Shown: positions 26,441 through 33,492, numbered from the stretch's first letter. The stretch: 35,784 nt of DNA from a virus (IMGVR_UViG_3300016476_000957:1-35784); one strand, 5' to 3'. Program-made: numbers and translations. Notes: generated by a model not told the origin, from the letters alone.

Positions 26441-27113
26441 GCTTATTTAGCTTTTTGTTTATAGTGTTGAAAAGATCATTGCTTTCCCAATGACCTCCTG
26501 AATAAGCTGCTGATGCGGGATGGCTAACCCGGATAACATCCAGATTATCAAGGTATTGTGCCCATTCTTCTGCCTTCTTACCAAGAAGTACGGCTATACA
26601 ATCCTTATGACGTCTATTCACATAATCCAAGAAGAATGCTGTAAAGCCTTTCCAAATGTGATAGTGTGAACCAATCTCCCCAACTCTACATGTAAGTGCT
26701 GTGTTCAGCATAATTATACCCTGACGGGTCCATTTTTGTAGGTTTGGGTCTCTATCATACCCTTCCGGGTATAATTTCTGAACTTCATTAAAGATGTGTC
26801 TTAATGAAGGTTGTTCTTTCATTGTTTTACTACAGCTAAATGATATACCATCAGCAACACCTGCTTGTGGATAAGGATCTTGACCAATCATGATAACTTT
26901 AACATTATCTGAGGGACAAGTTAGAATGCCGTTAAAGGCTTCACTTAATTTAGGAGTAAATTTATGCCCAAGAGTGTGCTCTTGGATTAATTCTTCCATT
27001 AAAATCTGGAATTCAAACTGATCTAGAAAAAAATCCAAAGCCTTCCAATTATGGCTAAGCATTTTTTCAGAAAGTTTTTCTTTTACATCTGGGATATTTA
27101 TTGTTTTTTCCAT
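26415..27113 (-). CDS. ung: Uracil-DNA glycosylase, family 1
   Basis: VKVIMIGQDPYPQ, ADGISFS, PSLRHI, QGIIMLNTALT, SHPA. Confidence 0.92.
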   Translation of the reverse strand: MEKTINIPDVKEKLSEKMLSHNWKALDFFLDQFEFQILMEELIQEHTLGHKFTPKLSEAFNGILTCPSDNVKVIMIGQDPYPQAGVADGISFSCSKTMKEQPSLRHIFNEVQKLYPEGYDRDPNLQKWTRQGIIMLNTALTCRVGEIGSHYHIWKGFTAFFLDYVNRRHKDCIAVLLGKKAEEWAQYLDNLDVIRVSHPASAAYSGGHWESNDLFNTINKKLNKLGKDSIIW

Positions 27114-27120
27114 ATATTTG
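27113..27120 (+). promoter_or_regulatory. -7 element (TAnnTTTG) for the lone plus-strand gene
   Basis: TATATTTG lies 18 nt upstream of the ATG at 27139; no clear -33 box. Confidence 0.45.
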
Positions 27121-27138
27121 TTTTTAAATCATACAATT

Positions 27139-27561
27139 ATGTCTGAAGAAAAATACTCTGGAGGTGAAGTTTATGACTTAACCCAGAATCTTAAGGGATT
27201 GGAGATCAATACCGGTTTTATATTAGGTCTTGAAAGAATCTTACTTTACTTCTTAACAAAGCTAATTGAAGATAAATCTACAATTACTCCTATGTTTAAG
27301 AAGTTTGAAGATTTGTTGTCAGTAGATAGAGCAGGGGATCCACCTCAATTAAATGAGATGGAAGCCCATGTCTATACTCTTTTTGCTTTACAACAACTAC
27401 TTAGAGCTGCAGCTTATGACCAGAATCTTGTTAGAAAGATTGATAATGCCATTAGTGAAGCAGATGTAAAAGATTTGTTGAAAGCATACGTTGAGAATGA
27501 TGCAGTAACAGCTAAAGCTGCCTATGATAAGATCCAACAGGATTTATCATCTAAGGTTTAA
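27139..27561 (+). CDS. Acidic helical hypothetical protein, only plus-strand gene in the early block
   Basis: ORF track gives 27118..27561; likely start at ATG 27139. It fills a 430-nt gap with no minus-strand ORF. Confidence 0.8.
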   Translation: MSEEKYSGGEVYDLTQNLKGLEINTGFILGLERILLYFLTKLIEDKSTITPMFKKFEDLLSVDRAGDPPQLNEMEAHVYTLFALQQLLRAAAYDQNLVRKIDNAISEADVKDLLKAYVENDAVTAKAAYDKIQQDLSSKV

Positions 27562-27930
27562 GTTGTTAAAGTCTCCCATTTCTATACAGGCTTGTATAGC
27601 AAGGTTCAATTCTGATTTATCACAGTCTGCAAAAGACTTACAATATTCAGTATTATTTCTTGTGAAGCACAAGCCTGCATGACGTTTTACCATTAATTTG
27701 ATTTCATCAAAGGTATAGCCAAGTTCATTAGCTATTTCTCTACACATAGCGTGTATTCTTGCAAGTTGTGCATTACTACCTTTATCAGTAGTAACTCCAA
27801 TAAATAAGTCTAGATGAGCACCATCTGGGATGGATTTCAAAAAGTTTTTAAACCTTGTTTCATTAGCCTTAAGAGGAAAATGTAACTCACCGTCCTTGAC
27901 GGTTAGTTTCATGTAAATATTGTCTCTCAT
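27547..27930 (-). CDS. NinB/Orf-like recombination accessory protein (tentative)
   Basis: GSNAQLARIHAMCREIANELGYTFDEIK...KSFADCDKSELNLAI resembles the NinB/YbcN pattern. Confidence 0.55.
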   Translation of the reverse strand: MRDNIYMKLTVKDGELHFPLKANETRFKNFLKSIPDGAHLDLFIGVTTDKGSNAQLARIHAMCREIANELGYTFDEIKLMVKRHAGLCFTRNNTEYCKSFADCDKSELNLAIQACIEMGDFNNLNLR

Positions 27931-28001
27931 ACACTAATTGAAATGTGTGTACCTGGTTGTTCATCACCAGGATCAGAGATAATTATGATATAATTTTCCA
28001 T
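27927..28001 (-). CDS. 24-aa micro-ORF
   Basis: MENYIIIISDPGDEQPGTHISISV*; the stop overlaps the next ATG (ATGA 27930-27927). Confidence 0.4.
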   Translation of the reverse strand: MENYIIIISDPGDEQPGTHISISV

Positions 28002-28275
28002 CTTTAAAATAATTTTGCTTTTTCTTTTCAATTCTAGCAGAAATATAATCAGAATCATACAATTCTGCTAATTTATTTACCCACATTAATACATCAGCAA
28101 TTTCATCTTCAATTTGTTGATCATTCATTGCTCTTCTTTTATTAATACCTTGCATTAATGCAGTAGCTAATTCACAACATTCTTCTGCTGCTTTTCTTTT
28201 AGTATATTCTAAGTCAAAATATTCTGCAGATGGATTCATAAATGATTGAATTGCATCTTTTACTTTCTGTACCAT
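27973..28275 (-). CDS. Second MazG-like protein
   Basis: KAAEECCELA...IEDEIADV. Start moved to 28275 (MVQKV). Confidence 0.7.
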   Translation of the reverse strand: MVQKVKDAIQSFMNPSAEYFDLEYTKRKAAEECCELATALMQGINKRRAMNDQQIEDEIADVLMWVNKLAELYDSDYISARIEKKKQNYFKDGKLYHNYL

Positions 28276-28280
28276 GATTT

Positions 28281-28370
28281 TTACTTGATTAAATAATTTA
28301 AGATTAATTGTCCGAAGCCTGCTCCAGCCAAGAAGTGTATTAGATAGTAATACCATTGTTCTTTCTTCAT
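28281..28370 (-). CDS. 29-aa hydrophobic micropeptide
   Basis: MKKEQWYYYLIHFLAGAGFGQLILNYLIK*; ATGA-coupled to the upstream gene. Confidence 0.5.
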   Translation of the reverse strand: MKKEQWYYYLIHFLAGAGFGQLILNYLIK

Positions 28371-28549
28371 TTTTCTTTAATTGTGATTTCAATATTATTC
28401 AAAAACTCTGTGAACTCTGTATCATTAACCCATTTTGGTTTTTTCAAATACATAATAGGAGAATGAACAGAACCTTCAATTTTATATATGATTATAGCTT
28501 TCCTCAATGTCTGACTTTTGTCAATGTAATACTTTTCAGATTTAGTCAT
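28367..28549 (-). CDS. Hypothetical protein
   Basis: 60-aa ORF in a tightly packed array. Confidence 0.7.
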   Translation of the reverse strand: MTKSEKYYIDKSQTLRKAIIIYKIEGSVHSPIMYLKKPKWVNDTEFTEFLNNIEITIKEK

Positions 28550-28957
28550 TTAACTTTGGGGTATAAATAATATTTTTTTTGTATTCCAAAGAATATTTCC
28601 ATCGGCATTTTTGACATACTGTTTTTCATTAGAAGCCATAATACAATACTCTGTATTACACTTAGAACAATTCACATAGTAATCTTCAAGATCATCACTA
28701 TCTGGTTCAAAATCTTCAAAGATCTCATCCAGATCTTCTACATTATTATGCCCACAAGAACATTGAAACTTTACAGATACTGTGTATGTTGTTTGTTCTT
28801 CAGTTGTAAATACACCTTCAATTGATTTCTGGATTCTCTCTTCTCTGATTTCAGCTTGTTTAATGAGCTGAATCATTTCAAGATTTCCAAATTCTGGAGG
28901 TACTATTTCAGTACCTCTATAAAACTTTCCATCTTTTAAAGTTAGTTTCATAATCAA
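28550..28957 (-). CDS. Hypothetical protein with Zn-ribbon (CSC...CSKC)
   Basis: 135 aa with an acidic insert between the Cys pairs. Confidence 0.75.
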   Translation of the reverse strand: MIMKLTLKDGKFYRGTEIVPPEFGNLEMIQLIKQAEIREERIQKSIEGVFTTEEQTTYTVSVKFQCSCGHNNVEDLDEIFEDFEPDSDDLEDYYVNCSKCNTEYCIMASNEKQYVKNADGNILWNTKKILFIPQS

Positions 28958-28974
28958 AGTTTTAACCGGATAGG

Positions 28975-29154
28975 TTATTTAAGAAAATTGATGTAGGCTT
29001 GTGCAGCTCTTTTGGTATCATATTCAACATCAAGTCCTACATGATTTTTTACAGTCTTCCAGAAAAAATACAATACTTTCTTCTTTACAACATATTTAGA
29101 ATAAAATCCATAATCTACTTCTACTACTTTGTAATTGTTTTTGTTAGTTTTCAT
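28975..29154 (-). CDS. 59-aa basic hypothetical protein
   Basis: Not in the ORF track. MKTNKNNYKVVEVDYGFYSKYVVKKKVLLFFWKTVKNHVGLDVEYDTKRAAQAYINFLK*. Confidence 0.7.
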   Translation of the reverse strand: MKTNKNNYKVVEVDYGFYSKYVVKKKVLYFFWKTVKNHVGLDVEYDTKRAAQAYINFLK

Positions 29155-29389
29155 CTTTTTTAGTTTTAAATTGTCTTTCTATTTTTTCATTAATTGCTTC
29201 TGCAATAAATTTTCCAACTTGGTCTTGAAATTTTGAAGCTTCTTCTGGTGTTTTAAATGCATTTTGTAATGCACCCCAACCTCTTATTTCTCCAACCATT
29301 TGACTACCACCATCTTTATCTTGCTTACTCCACAAATACTGACCATACTGGTCATAATAAACATCCTTAAGCCAATTTTCTAAATTCAT
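29144..29389 (-). CDS. Hypothetical protein
   Basis: 81 aa; EIRGWGALQ...QDQVGKFIAEAINEK motif. Confidence 0.75.
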   Translation of the reverse strand: MNLENWLKDVYYDQYGQYLWSKQDKDGGSQMVGEIRGWGALQNAFKTPEEASKFQDQVGKFIAEAINEKIERQFKTKKDEN

Positions 29390-29567
29390 TTTCTTCTGAT
29401 TTAATAATGTTGATAAATTCTGTAAATTGTTTATCTGTCATTTCAGATGTATCTATTTGATGGTATAAAAATGCATATTTTCCATTTGTTATGCATCCTT
29501 TCTTTTGAACAAATCCATTTAATTCTAATAAATTCAGTCTTTCTGAATAAACATCTACTGCTGTCAT
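29367..29567 (-). CDS. Hypothetical protein (cassette gene)
   Basis: 66 aa; starts inside a junction repeat. Confidence 0.65.
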   Translation of the reverse strand: MTAVDVYSERLNLLELNGFVQKKGCITNGKYAFLYHQIDTSEMTDKQFTEFINIIKSEENEFRKLA

Positions 29568-29786
29568 CTTATTCTGATTTAAAGGTTACTTTTTCTAATT
29601 GTTCAAGTGTTGGAATGTTGCAAGTGTAACTGTCCTTACTTTTTTCAACTCTGTATTGTATTCTTCCGTCTTTATGTCTTCTTGCTTGAAGTAAATACTT
29701 ATACCCCATATAACCCGCAGTTGATAGGTCTGTCCATTGACCCCAATTACTTTTAAATAGTCTCATCTTATTCTGATTTAAAGGTT
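29386..29786. repeat. Gene-junction direct repeat: 24-bp perfect copies at 29564-29587 and 29763-29786, degenerate copy at 29386-29404
   Basis: Minus strand AACCTTTAAATCAGAATAAGATGA (TFKSE-stop-G-ATG). The third copy TTAAATCAGAAgAAaATGA matches 17/19. Confidence 0.9.
29569..29766 (-). CDS. Hypothetical protein ending TFKSE (cassette gene)
   Basis: ORF track gives 29569..29805; true start is likely the ATG at 29766 inside the repeat. Confidence 0.7.
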   Translation of the reverse strand: MRLFKSNWGQWTDLSTAGYMGYKYLLQARRHKDGRIQYRVEKSKDSYTCNIPTLEQLEKVTFKSE

Positions 29787-30166
29787 TCATCAAACTTTTC
29801 TGCAAGCTTAGGAAAAACTTTATATAATCTGTCTTTATATTCTTGACTTATTTCTAAAAGTTTACCTGCTACTATTTTATCAAAATCTGGTTTCCATTGT
29901 TCAGGAACAGAAAAAATATATGTTGCATAAGTGCTATCAAAATCATCATCTTCATCACGTAAGTAATTAGGATGTGCTTGTAACTCTTCTTCACCAAAAC
30001 CACAATTTCTGTTTCCCCCTCCAACTCTTGTGTGTACATGGATTTCTTCTCCATCTATAAAACAATCTCTAAAACGCGGATACTGATCCGGGTGTTTTTC
30101 ACCAAGCATTGGTAAAATAACAAAAGTTGCTGGATTTACTCCATTTAGCATGTTGTATAAGCTCAT
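29768..30166 (-). CDS. Hypothetical protein ending TFKSE
   Basis: 132 aa; PRFRDC, HTRVGGGNR and DDDFDSTYA motifs. Confidence 0.8.
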   Translation of the reverse strand: MSLYNMLNGVNPATFVILPMLGEKHPDQYPRFRDCFIDGEEIHVHTRVGGGNRNCGFGEEELQAHPNYLRDEDDDFDSTYATYIFSVPEQWKPDFDKIVAGKLLEISQEYKDRLYKVFPKLAEKFDETFKSE

Positions 30167-30171
30167 AATTT

Positions 30172-30372
30172 TTAATTTAAGTTTTCTTGTTTTACTTCCT
30201 TATAGCTAATCCAAAATCCAATAGCTACTAATATATTCATTCCAAATGAAGCAATTACTTCATGGATATCTTTATAAACATTTACAGATAGATGAACATG
30301 GCCCACCATCCAAAATGGTATAGATAAGTTTTGACTTATCCAAACTACGGTATACTTGATAAAGTGTTTCAT
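30172..30372 (-). CDS. Small membrane-associated hypothetical protein
   Basis: 66 aa with two hydrophobic segments; begins 2 nt after tRNA-Thr. Confidence 0.7.
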   Translation of the reverse strand: MKHFIKYTVVWISQNLSIPFWMVGHVHLSVNVYKDIHEVIASFGMNILVAIGFWISYKEVKQENLN

Positions 30373-30374
30373 AG

Positions 30375-30447
30375 AGCCACCTATAGGACTTGAACCTACA
30401 ACCTACTGATTACAAATCAGTTGCTCTACCAATTGAGCTAAGATGGC
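30375..30447 (-). tRNA. tRNA-Thr(UGU)
   Basis: Acceptor GCCATCT/AGGTGGC, D-arm TAGCTCAATTGGTAGAGC, anticodon CTGA-TT-TGT-AA-TCAG, T-loop GGTTCAAGTCC; no encoded CCA. Confidence 0.95.
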
Positions 30448-30454
30448 ACAGACT

Positions 30455-30757
30455 TTACTTTCTAATTAATACATTGAAAGTACTGTCTGTTACTAATACG
30501 GGTTTATAATCAGACCCATATGTACCACGTGCCCAATGACTATAGATCATTTGACCTATATCATTATTTCTGATATAGATTAATCCTTCTTGTTCATTGG
30601 TTATAGTGATATTTGATCTTTGTACATAGCATGCTTTTGTTGATGTGCATGATGTAACTAAAAAAACTACAGTAAGAATAGTAACAATCATTATTACAAG
30701 ATAGATTGCTCTATAACTACTTTCTACTTGATCTTTTCTTTTACCTTGCCATTTCAT
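30455..30757 (-). CDS. Membrane/lipoprotein-like hypothetical protein
   Basis: Hydrophobic segment ending VTSC (possible lipobox). Confidence 0.65.
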   Translation of the reverse strand: MKWQGKRKDQVESSYRAIYLVIMIVTILTVVFLVTSCTSTKACYVQRSNITITNEQEGLIYIRNNDIGQMIYSHWARGTYGSDYKPVLVTDSTFNVLIRK

Positions 30758-30758
30758 A

Positions 30759-30965
30759 CTACCGGAATCTTATTGATTTTTCAACTTTAATAAATTCTTG
30801 AGCACATCCTTCACAATATAGATCAACAGCACTGTGTTCTACAAGATTTGTTTTCATACAATTAGGGCACAATATGCCCGAGTCAAATACAGAAGATTGT
30901 TCCAAGTGTTGTTCAAACTCTTGTTTCTCTTCTAATTCCATAAATAGTTCTTTCATTCTACCCAT
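30759..30965 (-). CDS. Zn-ribbon protein
   Basis: CPNC...CEGC; starts MGRMKELFME. Confidence 0.75.
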   Translation of the reverse strand: MGRMKELFMELEEKQEFEQHLEQSSVFDSGILCPNCMKTNLVEHSAVDLYCEGCAQEFIKVEKSIRFR

Positions 30966-31192
30966 TGACCTTTGTGTTTGATTACATAATGAAATAAATA
31001 ACCACAGTCTTCATCATGATGGTCTTCTTCATGTACAGCTAAATATTCAGGGAGTACAGATTGAATGTCATCTACATTCTTTCTCTGCCAATAACCAAAT
31101 CTTAGTGTAAAGAAACCATTAGATTCAGAGTCTACTTGAAATGATCCTGCAACTCTTTTAATTGCTTCAAAAGTTTCAATTTCAATTCTCAT
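30953..31192 (-). CDS. Hypothetical protein
   Basis: 79 aa, ATGA-coupled to the SF2 helicase. Confidence 0.7.
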   Translation of the reverse strand: MRIEIETFEAIKRVAGSFQVDSESNGFFTLRFGYWQRKNVDDIQSVLPEYLAVHEEDHHDEDCGYLFHYVIKHKGQWVE

Positions 31193-32286
31193 ACTGTTAC
31201 ATTTACTATTTTATCTTGATCTAAACCTTCTAGTGCTTTGTTAACCCATTTCTCATCAATGGTATCTTTATAGCATAGAATATGACATGTTGCTACCTGA
31301 GTTGGATTTAGTCTTAATAGACGGCCAATTCTTTGAGCAGACTTTCTTTCATTGCCATAGGCATGCATAATAATACCAACTTGTAAATTAGGTACAGTAA
31401 CACCTTCATTTAATTGCATAACACAAGATAGTTTTTGTATTCTGCCATCCTTAAATAACTGCAAATTCTCATCAGATTTTGGATTATTGGAGTGATAGCT
31501 GTGTTTACAAATTCTATCAGCTTGTTCTTGAGTATTAGCAAATACAATACATTTACTATTTACCTGGTCTAAAATACTTTTAAGATAAATCTCTTTAGTA
31601 TTATAATCCATCATTGCCCGCATTCTAAGAATAGAAAAGAATTGAACTTGTTTTGGTGTATTGGCTTCTGCTAACTGTCTTGTTAGATAGTCATAGTCAT
31701 TCTTTTCAGAAGTATACCATACTCCACCATTTTTATTCTTTTTCTTAAATGCCGGTAACTTACTCAATGCAATCTTGTGAACAAAAATTCTGTAATCATT
31801 TAGAATCTTTTGATCAGTAGCCTGATCTACAGAAAACTTAAATACTATAGGACAGTATTTATATACCATTCTATATTTCTCACTTCCTTTTCTAACTGGT
31901 GGTGTACCAGTCAAACCTAAGATCTTTCCTTTGAACTTCTCTAGAAAGATTTCATGAGTATCCAAAAGACTATGACACTCATCTAGATAGACAATGTCAT
32001 AGTCAGTTGGATCTTGTTTGTTTATAGAAAGATATGTGCTAAATACTATATGATTACTTAACTTTTCTAGATTCATTTTCTTTAGTTCATCTTCCCAAGA
32101 GTCTTTAACAGACAATTTGGGTATTACAACTAATACCTTTATGAGAGGGTGATAGTTTTTCATTAGATGTTTTATGGCAATTCTTGTCTTACCTACACCC
32201 ATTGAAATACCTACACCACATCTTTGATACTTTTCTATCTCTTTTAATGCTTGTTCTTGAACTGAATCTTTTTTAGTTATCATCAA
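31189..32286 (-). CDS. Superfamily 2 DExH helicase (ResIII/UvsW-like)
   Basis: Q-motif VQEQA, MGVGKT, LDECH, GLTGTP, LNEGVTVP, QRIGRLLR. Confidence 0.9.
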   Translation of the reverse strand: MMITKKDSVQEQALKEIEKYQRCGVGISMGVGKTRIAIKHLMKNYHPLIKVLVVIPKLSVKDSWEDELKKMNLEKLSNHIVFSTYLSINKQDPTDYDIVYLDECHSLLDTHEIFLEKFKGKILGLTGTPPVRKGSEKYRMVYKYCPIVFKFSVDQATDQKILNDYRIFVHKIALSKLPAFKKKNKNGGVWYTSEKNDYDYLTRQLAEANTPKQVQFFSILRMRAMMDYNTKEIYLKSILDQVNSKCIVFANTQEQADRICKHSYHSNNPKSDENLQLFKDGRIQKLSCVMQLNEGVTVPNLQVGIIMHAYGNERKSAQRIGRLLRLNPTQVATCHILCYKDTIDEKWVNKALEGLDQDKIVNVTV

Positions 32287-32854
32287 ATAAATCTTTTAGC
32301 TTTTCTTTTTCTACAACCTCTTTCAAGGTTTCAGAATACTTTTTTCCTGTGGAAGCATATGAAGCATCTAATGCATCATAATAATCTTGCTCAGAATCAA
32401 GTTTACTCAAATACCGGCATTGATAGAAAGCATAGTCATATACACTTTCTTGCCAATTATTATAGTATGCATGATTAAGTTGTGTTCCTTTAGCAGTTCT
32501 AATTCTTCTGTTGGCCAACTTCATCCCAAATAAGTTATGATTCTCTTTAAATACAAGGGAAGTCCAGTGACCAGTTTCTACAATAGATTGTGCTAATACA
32601 ATGTGAGGATATTTAATATCCAACTCTTTAATCATATCTACTAAATCATTTTTAGAGAAGGGTTGGTTTTCATCTCTTAATACATGAATGCCACCTTCTA
32701 ACTCAATAACTTGTGCTTCTGCAATATTTTTTCCTACTACAATACCACCTAACAGTGTAGATGCTACAATAATAAAACAAATACTTGCAAATACTATCAT
32801 TTCCCTGTAGATAGGTTCAAACAATAGCTTTTGTTTGTTGTACTTATAAAACAT
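32273..32854 (-). CDS. GH73/glucosaminidase-like peptidoglycan hydrolase with N-terminal TM anchor
   Basis: VLAQSIVETG (catalytic Glu), NHNLFGMK, WQESVYDY, YAS...Y; TM MIVFASICFIIVASTLLGGIVVG. Confidence 0.8.
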   Translation of the reverse strand: MFYKYNKQKLLFEPIYREMIVFASICFIIVASTLLGGIVVGKNIAEAQVIELEGGIHVLRDENQPFSKNDLVDMIKELDIKYPHIVLAQSIVETGHWTSLVFKENHNLFGMKLANRRIRTAKGTQLNHAYYNNWQESVYDYAFYQCRYLSKLDSEQDYYDALDASYASTGKKYSETLKEVVEKEKLKDLFDDN

Positions 32855-32870
32855 AATTATTAGGTTTTAG

Positions 32871-32893
32871 GCTTATAACAGAATATTATAAGC
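32871..32893. other. Intergenic hairpin
   Basis: GCTTATAA-N7-TTATAAGC, a perfect 8-bp stem. Confidence 0.45.
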
Positions 32894-32907
32894 AATGAGA
32901 CTTATAA

Positions 32908-33113
32908 AAGAATAAGAAACTCTCTTGCATGCTAACCATGCTTTTAGATTTGATTGGACATAGTTTACTGTCCACCTGTTGTAGTGCACTACAGAGCAGG
33001 GTCCATCACAGTTCACTTTGGGTCATGTAACTCATTTGGGTAGCTAATCCCAAGAGCCAAAGTTTCTTTCAACGGTGCTAATCCGTCCTCTGTAAGAGAG
33101 TTTTCTTATTCTT
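32908..33113 (-). ncRNA. Putative ~206-nt multibranched structured RNA (unassigned)
   Basis: A ~22-bp closing stem, AAGAATAAGAAAACTCTCTTACA / TGCAAGAGAGTTTCTTATTCTT, encloses four hairpins. No long ORF; starts 2 nt after tRNA-Leu. Confidence 0.7.
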
Positions 33114-33115
33114 AG

Positions 33116-33200
33116 TAGCCGGGATGGGATTTGAACCCACACGGGTATTACTACCCAAGGGATTTTAAGTCCCTCATGTCTACCGTTCCATCACCCAGCT
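33116..33200 (-). tRNA. tRNA-Leu(UAA)
   Basis: Acceptor AGCTGGG/CCCGGCT, anticodon AGGGA-CT-TAA-AA-TCCCT, long variable arm GGGTA-GTAA-TACCC, T-arm GTGGGTTCAAATCCCAT. Confidence 0.93.
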
Positions 33201-33420
33201 AAATTTCCCCACCTTGAGATTACAGGTGAGTAGTTATTTCGGTTTTTTGTTCTGTTCCAAAAACCTGTGAGGCATCCCTCATGAAAACAGTCAACACTAC
33301 TGGGAGGAGTTGTGCGGTTCTCCTTTATCCCACGAAGTCTCACTCTGGCCGTAGACTTTCTGCCAACCTATTTTTAAATGAGTCTTAGGTCAAAGACTGC
33401 TGAGCATCTCTCACTCATTG
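33201..33420 (-). ncRNA. Putative ~220-nt structured RNA with a pseudoknot (unassigned)
   Basis: GC-enriched spacer between two tRNAs, almost fully tiled by hairpins; H-type pseudoknot candidate at 33364-33398. Confidence 0.6.
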
Positions 33421-33492
33421 TTGCGGGTGTGGGAGTTGAACCCACTACCATATGATTATGAGTCATATATGCATCCGTTACACCTACCCGCT
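33421..33492 (-). tRNA. tRNA with CAU anticodon (Met/fMet/Ile2), atypical
   Basis: Acceptor GCGGGT/ACCCGC with an A1-A72 mismatch, anticodon TATGA-CT-CAT-AA-TCATA, T-arm GTGGGTTCAACTCCCAC; A at position 8. Confidence 0.8.

Noticed and set aside
29386-29786. CRISPR mini-array interpretation of the 24-bp repeats
   Set aside because: The repeats are about 180-200 nt apart, the intervening sequences are whole genes, the repeat is non-palindromic and protein-coding, and there are no cas genes.
20911-30054. Alternative-frame minus ORFs 20911-21117, 23894-24082 and 29872-30054
   Set aside because: They are nested out of frame within better-supported genes.
32908-33420. tmRNA, RNase P RNA, hammerhead or theta (HDV-like) ribozyme identity for the structured spacers
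   Set aside because: There is no tRNA-Ala-like end or ...ALAA tag frame. GAGG and CATGGTTA faintly echo RNase P conserved regions, but the P4 partner is missing and the RNA is too short. There is no CUGANGA core, and neither spacer starts with the G-initiated P1 expected right after a tRNA for a theta ribozyme.
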